A stretch of 64,000 nucleotides of DNA from Octopus sinensis (lineage: Eukaryota), in the NCBI RefSeq assembly GCF_006345805.1, contig NC_043021.1:558001-622000 (forward strand), read 5' to 3'. The position numbers and the translations under genes were made by a program. This document shows, in pieces, positions 25,593 to 37,584 of the stretch (positions are counted from its first letter, which is position 1; every line of letters starts with the position of its first letter). The notes under the pieces are model-generated. The model saw nothing but the letters and a program-made list of their open reading frames with translations, was not told where the DNA came from and did not search any database.

Positions 25593-27944
25593 AAAAGAAC
25601 ATATTTGTCTTTTTAATTTGTGTTTCTTTCAGTTGACGAAGTGTGTGTGTGTGATGGCAGTAAAGTGAGATGGTAGGGTGTGCATGAGCGACTAAGTATA
25701 AATGAGCTGAGAAACTAGGTGCAAGGGATACAAGACTGTGATGGGGGTGGCATGAGGAAGTGCTGAGCACCTCAAAGTGAATGGTATCTGTGGAAGAGGG
25801 TGGGGTGAAAAGATGATCTCAAGACATTGATTCATTATCAAAAGAAAATAACCTGTTAATTGATGACACACAGAGAAGACGTAAAATTGGTGAAATAACG
25901 AGAGTTTCACATCTCGCCACCATCATTTCAACTCACTGTAAAGGGCCACCCATAAATGAGAAGAAAAGACTTGATGTGTACCTATTGAATATCCTTGTAA
26001 CTCCTTCCTGTCCAACTGAATCATGGATGCTGGAGGGAGGGAAGAAAGCACTTTGGCTACTTTTACTCACCGTCCCTGAGTCTCCTCTCAATAAACATCT
26101 GTAACTTCAGTACGAACTGACTTGGACCCTGATGATCCATTCAGGCAAGCAAACTTAACCATGTCCTCAATTTTGGGCTCACTTATTCAACCCACCCGGT
26201 TACTGCTTTGTTGTACCCCTCACCTCTCCTTCACACTAATTCTGATAATACCCTGTCATTGTTTCCCTCTTTTGCTTTGCAAACTGCCAACTGTGCTGAT
26301 TCCACAAAAGGCACCTCCACTCCAGCCCACCACATTTATGGTTAATGAGCTGAAGAGGGTTCTTTAATCTTGCCAATGGCAATACAGCCTTTGAAATCCT
26401 GCGACCATAAAGACAAAATGTCACAGGAAACTTTTAGGAAGAGGCAAAGAAAGCCTTACCAAAACGGAGGCATTGGAGTAAGATGTGGCCTCCAACATGT
26501 CAGACCCTGTTAGAAAATAGACACAAAATGGTGATGATGAGTCCATTGTCTGAATTGGGAATTTCTATTAAAGGAATCTGAAATGAAGGACCCCTTGTGA
26601 TTGTAAGGTGTATTTAATCTTAGCACTTCTTTCAGTGTGGCCATCCACTCTACAAGGGGAGGGATTCATCATCATTTGATGTCCGTTTTTCGTGCTGGCA
26701 TGGGTTGGATGGTTTGACAGGAGCTGGCAAGGCTGGAGAGAGGAGGCTGCCTTGTGCCAGGGGAGGAGAGAAACATGAAGAGCGACATGGTTACCTTAGT
26801 CTCTGAGAGAGAGAGAGAGAGAGAGTGGTGATGTGTCAAGAGTGTACTCTGAAGGTAAAGAGATGAGAAAATAAATGGGATGGTAGAATATTGCCAAGGG
26901 TGCATGAGCAGGGAGTTGACATGAATCCAAAAGAGGTGGGGAGGGTAGAGTGACAGATGAAACTTGGATGTATAGAGGAAGGTGGAGTGGGGAATCAACA
27001 GAATAGCAATGCTATGGTGGAAAGGGAGGGACAAACGGGGCTTGAAAAAGAGGAAATACAAAGAAGAGAGAAGAGATATTTGGGTGGAAGACTCTCAAAT
27101 GGTGACCCAAATAGATGTTCTTAACAGTGACATCAAAGTATATGAATTATTGCAGTGAAATGACTTGGTGTTGGTCAGGAAATAGAAAACTCGACAGAGT
27201 TGCTATGTGATCAAAACAGAGCAATATCAATAAGATGCACTGTTGAACAATATTGATCTGTCATCGACTGCTTTTGACTGAGGCACAATGTCACCTGTTA
27301 TAAGGGAGCCTGAAAATCACATTTTTCTGTTACTTTATTAACTCTGAAAGGAAATGAAAAAGACAAGCTGACCCCAGGAGGATTTGAACTGAAAACTGGA
27401 GGGATGAAATATGATAGTGTCTGAAAGAGGCAGGGTACATGTTGAAGTTGGGGCTATTGAGCCATAGACTAGACAAGTGGTTCTAAATCCTCTTCAGTTT
27501 CATGTCCCCAATCCACTTTCCATTCCCATTCTCCTCCCCACCCCCACACACTCAGATGAGTGGATTGTGTCAACTCTGACAATTGGAGCCAATGAGAGAC
27601 CTTCTTAGTTATAACTTGATATGCCAGAAATAGCAGCCAAAATATTAAATTATCATCTAAAATAAGGAAATGAGATAATCCTACATAAAGACAGGATGGT
27701 GTGCTCAAGATTAGCCTAGGGCTAAACAAAGATACCAAAGCGGGATAAAAATTGACATTTGCCCAGTGGGACATCAACGGAGTTGGTGATGTTATGATAA
27801 AGTAACAATAGAAGCTGCCTTGAAGGGTGTGGGGTGAGACAGATGAAACCTGTAACTTGTGTATGGCCCCTACCTCCTCCCCATCTTTCTCTATTTGAGG
27901 CAGCCATGTTTCTCTTCTAAAGCAAGACCCCTTCTCTGCCCCTC

Positions 27945-28165
27945 AATACGACTATGTCTCATTCAAGGAGTCTTGTCCAGCAAGTTACTTGGTGACCCCA
28001 GCTGCTTCGAGTGCCATGTAAAAAGCCCCCAGTACACTGCAAAGTGGTGGGCATCCAGCCATAGAAACCATAACCGAAACAGGAAAGGTGCAGTCTTCTG
28101 ATTTGCCAATTGCTGTCAAACCTTTCTGCCCCATCCCAGTAGGGGAAAGTAGACATCAAATGATG
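27945..28165 (+). mobile_element. RTE-tail fragment
   Basis: gccatgtaaaaagc..gggcatccagccatagaaacc..cccatcccagtaggggaaagtagacatcaaatgatg. Confidence 0.65.
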
Positions 28166-29689
28166 TTGATGTATAAATCCTCATTGATTCAGCGTTCACT
28201 TTCCCATTCTTGCTTGGGTCAGACAGATTTCCTGCAACCAGTTTCTTTCCCAGTCATTCACGTTCAGCTGTTTCCAAGCAAAGTAACATTTTCCCCATGG
28301 CCAGACACGTTCTGCATGGAAGACTGGAAAGGAGTCACTCGCATGATGATGGTGAGGCTCATTTATAACCATGTCAACACACACACACAAAGATGCAGGT
28401 GCGGCTGTGTGGTAAGAGGTTTGCTTCAAACCACCTGGTTCTGGGTTCAGTCCCATTGCATAATATATCAGGGAAATATCTTCTAAGCCTTATGAATTAG
28501 ACAAAAACTGAAAAAAAAACCCTCATGTGTATGTGTCTACTTGTTTTGGCAGCTATAAATGAGGGCCACTGTCACCCAAGCAGTGCCTGATCATGGGGGA
28601 AACATTAACTTTTTTGGAAACAGGTGAGGGTTGGCAGTAAGAAGGGCATTTGGCTGTAGAAAACTTGCTTCAATGAACTCTGTCTGACCCATGATGATGA
28701 TCGTGACATTGATAAGGATCACAATGGAGAAGAAATCTCCCTGCGGCTAACAGATAAAAAAAAAAACATCTCTCAATATTCCTAACCAATCACTGATTAC
28801 ATCAACATAATTAACTGAAATGTAATTACAGTGAGTGACTGTGATTGCTGCAGTGATTTACTAATTAGTTTAGAGACAGGTTATTAATTAAAAGGGGGTT
28901 GTGTTACGAGAACACATACATGTCTAATCTACAAATCTAAATGGATCTATACAAACTCTATAGAACGTAGAATGTGTTTATAGAACTACAGATCAATGCA
29001 ATTATATATAACACAGTTTATGTGCATTCTGAAATGTAGCAAGATCAATAGGACTAAATATAGGGGCTATGGCAGGATTCCATGGGTCCAAAGTCTCCTT
29101 TCACACAGTTTCCAGCTGGATGTCCTTAAAGCCAAACAATTTACAGAGTGTACTGGGAGCTTTTTTATGGCACAAGCACTGTTTTATATGTGTATATATA
29201 TATGTATATATATATATATACACACATATATATCATCATCATCGTTTAACGTCCGTTTTCCGCGCTAGCATGGGTTGGACACATATATATATAAATGTGT
29301 GCATACTTACATACATATATATATATATATATATATACATACACATGTGTGTATGTATGTATATATATATACTTTATTTGTATACATGTTTAAAGTGTAA
29401 CCGCCAGAAAATAGGAATCAAAAGAGCCCCCTGTACCCACAGTAAAGATTCTATGTCAGAATTCCATAGGGGTCGACTTTGGGAATCATCAAAAATTAAG
29501 TACCAGCAATAGAGTGTGATCCTTTGAATCAACAGTTTTCTTCTCTCTACTGCTCCTGTCTGGGCACAGAAGGTAGAGACCTAAACCTTAAATAGTTAGC
29601 AATTATTACAAGGAAAAGTACAGCATCTCTGAGTTCAAATCACACCAGTGGAAATGGGTTGCACCAGGATTAAAACAATCAGTTATTAT

Positions 29690-30660
29690 TTCTGCCATGG
29701 AGGAAGTGGAAAATGTACTGGGGCACTGTGTGGGGTGCAAATCACCGGGTTGGAGGGTCTGCCCTATGAACTATATGCCCACATGTCGGACTTATTTGGA
29801 ATAGTGTTAATAGCTCCTGGTAACTGATGGAAAGCATTCCCAGTCATGTGGTTGGGAAGCGGTGACGCTGCTGAGAAGGGATCTGAATGAGAAGGAGGTG
29901 AATGAAAACGTCAGGCCCTTAACTTAACTTAACACTGATTCTAGCTAAGGTGCTAGCCAAGAGGCTGGCGCTTGTTGTCGGGGATGCACAAACTAGTGCA
30001 ATCCCCAGTAGATCTATGCACAACAGTCTCCACCTCATCTGATACATGGTAGAACAGGTCAGAATAGATTGGGCTTTGGAAGGGCACTGGTCAATCTGGA
30101 ACAACCCAAAGCTTTTGACAGGGTGAACCATTGTTATCTGGTGTCTGTCCTAAAAGCTGTTGGTTTCAATCCCCTCTTCAGAGATTGGATCATCACAATA
30201 TATAGTGGCATCTGCTCGGTTGTCAAACTGAAGAACCACTTCTTGGGACTTTTCAGTATTGAATGCTCAGGATGCCCCTTCTCCCTGCTTTTATATATTT
30301 TAGCTATAGAACCCTTGCTGTGAAGGATGGAGAATTTGAAGGTATTCCACAGAATAGCTGTGCCTGCATACACAGACAACATCACTGTCATGGTGCCGGA
30401 CTCTTTGGACATAGAAAAGATTGACACTAAACTGAAAGAATATCAGGAATGTACAGGTGCACTCATAAACCAGGACAGGTCAGTAGGTCTGCAACTAGGC
30501 TCTTGGAGGGGAAAGTCAACTAGCAACAATTACTGAAAGTGCTCGGAATTTGATTTGGACCAGATCTCAAGGTAGATAGGAACTGGGAAGAGATCATGAC
30601 TAGGGGTGGCCAAGCTCATCCAGAAAGGGAGCTGTTGCTGAAATGCCAGGTAAAAACAGT
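29690..30660 (+). mobile_element. Degenerate L1/Tx1-like LINE RT fragment
   Basis: Across frames: KSPG..EGLPYELY, LAKVLAKRL, ALVNLEQPKAFDRVNHCYL, GCPFSLLLYILAIEPLL, AYTDNITV (decayed YADD), GLQLGSWRG. Confidence 0.85.
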
Positions 30661-31015
30661 TTCAGGATTTTTGTTGGGGGTTTATCCCAGATTACCTTAA
30701 GTGGACTGCCCTGCTGTTGGGGTTTCTATTTATTATTTATTTCTCTACTTTCTATTGTATATCCTTTAATGTGGTAGCATCTCCCCTTGATTGATGTTAA
30801 CCCCACGTTTTTGTAATTTTTTGTGCTCTAACTTGTCCTTCGATATTATCTTGGGACCTTGTGGCAAATAAAAGAAATCATTATTTCTGAGAAGGTCCAC
30901 TTTGCCTTTCATTGTTCCAGGATCAATAAAGTACAAGTCAAGTACTGGGTTGAGGGTCAATGTAAACAAATTATTTCCTCCCTTAAAATTACTGGCCTTC
31001 TGCCAAAATTTTATG

Positions 31016-31230
31016 CCATTACTAGCTGGCAGAAACGTTAGCATGCCAGGCGACATGCTTAGCAGCATTTTGTCTGTCTTTACGTTCTGAGTTCAAATTC
31101 CATCAAGGTCGACTTTGCTTTTCATCCTTTCAGGATCAATAAATTAAGTACCAGTGAAACTCTGGGGTCAATGCAACTGACTAGTCCCCTCCCCCATTAT
31201 TTCAGGCCTTGTGCCTGTAGTAGAAAGGAT
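31016..31230 (+). mobile_element. SINE family B
   Basis: ctggcagaaacgttagcatgccagg..gttctgagttcaaattcc..taagtaccagtg. Confidence 0.8.
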
Positions 31231-31310
31231 TATTATTATTATTATTTATGTATCTATTTATTTACTAATAAATTGCAAACGAAAAAGTCAATTACAAAGC
31301 CAGCACTTAC

Positions 31311-31343
31311 CTGGTGGTGTTGTTGCCTAAACCTTTTAAATAC
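31311..31343 (-). CDS. Candidate 33-nt microexon extending SPATA22
   Basis: Acceptor caaatgtttcag|, donor CAG|GTAAGT, phase 2-2, open: (G)YLKGLGNNTT; only 47 nt from the previous donor. Confidence 0.45.
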
Positions 31344-31386
31344 CTGAAACATTTGAATAGAAAAAAGGCAATTACAATGCCACCAC

Positions 31387-31531
31387 TTACCCACTGTTGT
31401 CATCGAAACCGTTTAAATAGTTTTGCTGAAGGAATGCCATGATTCGTGGCAAATTCCTCTCTTCAACTGTTGCAGGTCGAATACTGATACAGTGAAGTCT
31501 TTTGGTTTTGTTATCAATCATTCCAACACAC
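31387..31531 (-). CDS. SPATA22: SPATA22 C-terminal OB-fold exon (ends at in-frame TAA, or splices on at 31391)
   Basis: Acceptor ttcccccag|; encodes (R)CVGMIDNKTKRLHCISIRPATVEERNLPRIMAFLQQNYLNGFDDNSG, aligning with recalled human RCVGNYDQKKNIFQCVSVRPAS; phase 2 entry matches exon 37389-37429. Confidence 0.9.
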
Positions 31532-32224
31532 CTGGGGGAAGAGAACAGGTTGAGGGGGAGGGCAAAACAGAGGAAAAGAAAATACTGGAATAAGTAAAAG
31601 CTTTGCAATTAATTAAGAAAACCTGTTGAAACAAAGAGATAAAACAGATGGGTTCAATGGTGGACCAATATTCATCACACGGTTTACACCAGCATCACTG
31701 GATACCATTTGGATGGCAGAGCTATAAACTACCATCTGGTTTTTGTAGAGTCAACTCAGATGGAAATATTTGGTACAGATGTCTGGACTGAAAATAACTT
31801 CCTGGAGACAAGGGAAAAACGCCATGGGCACTGTCCCTCCTTCACTGAACTAAAACTCTACATGACACTGTGTGATATGTAGTGGAGAAGGAGTGAGAGT
31901 GGTAGTGTGTGAGTACATGTTTTAAAAAGACATTCTGTGCAATCCATGTTGCCTTATTTAGAAAGCTGTTGTTGGGTGAGACATATTTAGCCAATTTCAA
32001 GCAGCCTGCCATGACCACCTCACAGAACAGTGGATTCTGAGAGAAAGAGAGAGAATAACTGACCCCAGTATTTGATTGACACTGGATGGCTGAAAGATAA
32101 AGCTGACCCCAGTGAGATTTGAACCAAAATTTATCATACAAGTTAATGGAAGACATTTCTCCAAACCTTTTTGAGTAGGTTTGGTTGACAGAAACTGGAA
32201 GAAGCCTGTTGTGTGTATGTGTCT

Positions 32225-32360
32225 GTTGGACAGCCATCCAGCCATAAAAACCATGCCAAAATAGACAGAGGGGTTTGGTACAGTCTTGTGGCTGGCCAGA
32301 TCCTGTCAAACTGTCCAACCCATGCCAGCATGGAAGATGGACGTTAATTGATGATGATGA
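32225..32360 (+). mobile_element. RTE-tail fragment
   Basis: catccagccataaaaaccatgcc..tccaacccatgccagcatggaagatggacgttaattgatgatg. Confidence 0.7.
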
Positions 32361-34714
32361 TGTGAGTGTGTGCATGCATGCATCTTTTGACGTTCCATGA
32401 TGGCTGTAAACAAGCGTCTCTGTCATACATGCAATGTTTGTTTGTTTCCAAAAGATATCTGGTCATGAGGAAGCATTAACTTGAAAACAGGACTGGCCAC
32501 AGGGAAGGCCTCTGGCCAAAGAATATTTGCTTCAATGAATTCCATTTGACCCATGCAAGCATGGAGATGTGGACAATAAAAGCTGATGGTGATGAGATGG
32601 ATGAATGAAAATGGATGGTTGAATATAGATGGAGGATGGATAGACAGACAGAGATAGATAGATAGACAGATAGAGATAGATAGGTAGTCAGACACACAGA
32701 CAAATAGAAATAGATAGACAAAGAGACAGGCAGACAGATAGATGGATAGAGAGAGCATGAAATAATGGAGATTAAATAATGGTGATATATAAATAGATCC
32801 ATCCATCCATACCTATAAATATACATACATAATATATACACACGTATATCAATAGATATAGGCGGAGATAAACGTATTGATATAAATAATAATGATTTAT
32901 TAGGAGACTAAGAATTGTTACATATTGTTGTTGTGTTGTAAGCAAACTCCTTCTGACATTTGTTTTAAAATTCTGTCAGAATTAACGAGAAACGCTGCTA
33001 ACATAAACCAGACTAGACTTAATGAGTTTCTATCAGCTGCTGAGTAATGTAGCTCTGTGTTCCATTATGGCCACACAGGTGATACTATGTCATTGATAAA
33101 CGGTGATGAGGATTTCCACACTGACCACCACCACCACCACCACTTACCTTTAACTTTCTCATTCTGCTGCTAAATAAACTAAGAGGCTTTGCATAGGTTA
33201 AACAGGGGTTTGCTATGGATTAGACAAGCGTTTACTGATGCAGTTACATACCACCACCAATTATTAGTAGATTACAGGTATCATCATCATCATCTTAGTA
33301 TTTATGCCCACAATACAGGAGGAGTAGATGCCAGGTTTTCAGGCAAAAATACTCCCAGTATCACCAAGCCTTGTTTTGTATTGATTTGATTCAGTTATTT
33401 TACTCATCTCAGCAATGATTGGAAAGTTGATCCACAATATTCGGGATTGATTGGTCAAGTTGAGAAAATGCAGAACTGAGAAACATAAGAGATGGGCAAA
33501 AGTGTTAAAAGCTATTGATTAAATTAACAACCAGATATACAGGAGACACACAACATGCAACCAGGTATAGACGATGATGATGATGATGATGATACATAAC
33601 CATTCACACTACAGACATACAGACAGAAAATCCAACATAGAAAAGACGAAATAATACAACACTGAGATGGAAGTTTTCACATAAAAACATTGGAAATTCT
33701 GAAAGGAAAGAGAGAAAGAAAGAAGGGCAGGAAAGTGTAGCTAAATATATATCTAAGGAATTTTAAAAATGTTAATATAACGAAATTTAATGAAGCTGGC
33801 GAATCTGGTTCATTGCTTTCACAGGTCAGAGTTCAAATCCCAGAGTGGAGTCAAATATTAGCTTTTACTCTGCTGGGATCACAATATTTATAACTATATT
33901 AGGGTCATAGAAAAGCACATAATTCTGCTCAATTCTTTGATCCTCTAAATTCAGACATATCTGCTTACAATAAAAATAAAACGAAAATTACTACTACTAT
34001 AACTACTATTACTGCTGTTGTTGTTGTTGTTGTGGCCAGGGCCTTAGCCATGACTCTTTGAGACTGATGAAGGAAGTTACCTGACCCAAATACTTTCAAC
34101 AGAGTGGACTCCACCAAAGGTAGTTGATGGCTTAAGCTACACACTACAGGTATCTAATGACCAAGTGCTGGGGCTAACCAAGAATGGTCCTTCCAACTGG
34201 CTTCCTCACAGTTGTCAAAGCGATGGGAAATGTGGAAAACACTTATACAAGATACTGTACATAGGATTAAACTCAAAGCTAGGTACTTTCAAAAGCAATC
34301 TTCTTAACGACAGTCTCTTTCTACCCCACCCCTGCTGATTTATAGAAGAATTTAATCATAGGATAATACGGTATTAAACTGCCATGTCTGAGACTTCATT
34401 TTTACAGTTTCCCCTCGTGGAATTACCATGAGATTTCTCCAAAACTGAATGGTTTCCCCATAATTAGAATTCCTTACATTCTATGGATATTTACATAGAA
34501 GTGACCAAAGAAATTTCCCCAATTGGGACTTGGTCCCTGTGTAACCAGATTCCCAATAAATCTCTAACAGGGAATGTGTCATATGCCATATCACATTAAA
34601 CATAATGAGACAAGAGAGGACTGAAGGAAACATATGCAACAATAAACATGTCTGTGGCTGATAGAATAAATTCATAAAAATATTGTAGTTTCCCCACTTC
34701 TCTTGGCTCTTCTT

Positions 34715-35040
34715 CTTTTTAGGGTCACAAGAGACCTTAGCCCCTCGGCAATTACTGATGCTCTACAAAGCTCAAGTGAGATCCACAATGGAATATTGTC
34801 CTTACATCTGGTGCACAGTTGAAGAGGCTTCTGATGCACATTCAGAAAAGGACCACCTGGCTGATTAGCATAAAGTCCTTCACAAACACACTCTAACCTC
34901 TGGTGTGCTGACTCCTCTCTCTGCTCCTTGGAATCGGTTGCGTCCATGCCACCTGCACTCAGGTCTTCCATCTGAATCAAATCTCCTCCTCTCATCACCC
35001 TTGTTGTACTCGACCCTGTCAGGCCCTACACTAATCACAA
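34715..35040 (+). mobile_element. CR1/Jockey-group LINE 3' fragment
   Basis: Plus frame PRQLLMLYKAQVRSTMEYCPYIW resembles the LYKAQVRPxMEYCxHIW motif at the ORF2 C-terminus; later LWNRL-like remnant. Confidence 0.7.
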
Positions 35041-35264
35041 CGGTCAACCCTTCTTTCTCAAAAAGAACTCTCTCCCAGCACATGTCTCTTTTGTAGCTGT
35101 TAACTTATAAAAGTTCAAAAGGGAAACTAACAGTATCAATCTCACTGGTTTAGGAGGGTCTGTGAAGGGCATAATTATAATCATCCCTTCCTCTACACCA
35201 AGCAGATGTGGAAAAAAAGAAAAATAACTAAATACAATACACAACTACTAAACATGTAACTATA

Positions 35265-35298
<34 letters not shown>

Positions 35299-35723
35299 AA
35301 TGCTACAGTTATTATGCCGAGAGCCAGCAGCCTGGCCTGGCGTTAATAAATACTGCAAGTGAGATGTATAGAGCTTCCTGAAATTTGAAGTGGACAGTTG
35401 TTTCAAGTGTAGTGACATCCAGAAAGCAGTATCAAGTAGTTGAAGCATGTAAAAGACATCTTCATTATATTATGTTCGGTGAAGAGAGAAAACAAACAGG
35501 TTTGCTATGGACAGCAGAACAACAGTGGAAGTGGCTCAATACTGTGATTGTTCGCCTTCACACAACAACTGGCAACACTAACGCATCTCGTTAACTTTCA
35601 AAACACAAAGTTGATACTTCTTTTCATTGCTGCAACAGTAAAAGCAATTTAATCTTAACTACACTGACGAGGCAGATGTTTGCAAAGATCTCACTTGTAA
35701 TTAAATAACAATGAACATCTTTT

Positions 35724-36131
35724 ATCTTTTACTTGCTTCACTCATTAGACTGTGGCCATGCTGGGGCATTGCCTTGAAGAATTTTTAGCCAAATGAATCA
35801 ATCCCAGGATTTATTTTATTTTATCAGTCTCTTTTGCCAAACTGCTAAGTTATGGGAAAATAAACACACCAACACTGGTTGTCAAATGGTGGTAGGGGAC
35901 AAATACAAACACACTCACACACACACAAACAAACATACAAACACAGATACACACACACTCACACGACCATCTTCTTTCAGTTTTTGTCTACCAAATCTAC
36001 TCACAAAGCTTTGGTTGGTCCGAGGCTATAGTAGAAGGCACTTGCCCAAGGTGCCACACAGTGGGACTGAACTCAGAACCAAACCATGTGGTTGGGAAGC
36101 AAACTTCTTACCACACAGCCATGCCTGCACC
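35724..36131 (-). mobile_element. SINE family A
   Basis: Full head-to-tail match to family A with CpG decay. Confidence 0.85.
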
Positions 36132-37388
36132 TAAAACTACAAATCAATTAAAAAAAAAGTAAGGAGGTCGTTGAATGGTGTTTCACTGTGACACAATTAC
36201 AACTTGACCGGTTGTATGGTATGAAATATAGTCTTAAAGATGTGGTCACAAATGGTGGAGGGTTCTGGAGAAGAGTTAACCATTTATATTATCTCATCAA
36301 TAGTCATGATAGTTGTCATGACAAAGTACAATATAAAGTTTTTTTCTACCAATAAAACCTGTACAATTGGCAAATATTTTCTTAGTTCAAACATGGCTGA
36401 CTGGAGAGTAAACAGAAACAATCAGATGGGATTGTCTTCATTCCATTCTAGACAAATCTATCACAATTCTCAAAGTCAATTGTTTTATGAAAGAAATTTG
36501 TAACATTAGAGCAATGTTGTGACCTTCATGCTTTACCTTAATGTGGCCAACATGAAATAGTTTCTACAAGAAATCTAAAAAATACCAAATAGAGTGGAAT
36601 ATTTTATTATTATTATTATTATTATTATTATACCAATGAGACTGTGTTTACCATAGATTTTACAAAGACTTAATGTCCTCTAACGACATTCATTGAAGAC
36701 ACCGAAATCCAATCTAACCAATGTTAGAGAGAACCAAATCTACTATGGAACCATTTAGAATCACCAGAGATAGGTTAACCAGTTTGCCTGTTTGACATGA
36801 GGACATAGTTGGCTGGTGCTGTCTCCAACTCTTCTTTCTCACTGGTGACCAGTGACCCGTGAAGGACTGCAAATAGAAAGAAACCTGTTTTGCTGGTCAA
36901 ACTAAACAAGTACAGACACATCACAATAATTGTAGGAAAGGTTAGGGAAGCAAGAGAACTGATGGAACAGTGGACATTATATTAGAAGCAAGTTCAGCAG
37001 ATCAATAGACTTATTGGAGAATTGAAGAAAATGATTTGTGATAGTTAGTGACTGTTATATTCTGAGTTCAAATCTTGTTAAAATCCACTTCACCTTTCCT
37101 CCTCCTTGTAGAGCCAAGCCCTGGAGTTAATTTAATCAACTCTACTACTACTACTACTACTACTGTGTCTGGTACAATGATAGTTGAGTCCGATTGGCCC
37201 CATAAAGCACAAATGACGCCAAGAAGTCATCAGGGATTCCGAACCATAGTTTCTTCTCTCTTGAAGAAATCTGAGAGAAGACATCAGTCTCAGTTTATCA
37301 AATTCTGATTCCATCTCCTGCTGCCAATATCAGAATTGAATGGTTATAATAAGGTTGTGGTCAATAGTGCAACAGTTAAAACACTTAC

Positions 37389-37429
37389 CTCAGCCAATGA
37401 CCACGAGTCAGTCGTGGTAACATCCTATC
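37389..37429 (-). CDS. SPATA22: SPATA22 OB-fold exon
   Basis: 41 nt, acceptor aatttccag|, donor AG|GTAAGT; encodes DRMLPRLTRGHWL(R) vs recalled human DRELPRLIRGRVHR. Confidence 0.92.
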
Positions 37430-37548
37430 CTGGAAATTTAGAAGAAAGAGAAACAAACAATATAAGAATAAGAATTTATTGTAACAAGAAACTAGGAGAC
37501 AAAGGAGAGAAATCACAGAGAAAACGCATCCATCATTCTCTCTCTCTC

Positions 37549-37584
<36 letters not shown>

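Noticed and set aside
31842-32426. 194-aa minus-strand ORF, the longest non-LINE ORF
   Set aside because: Composite of an RTE tail fragment, SINE-like pieces and intron sequence; no recognisable domain.
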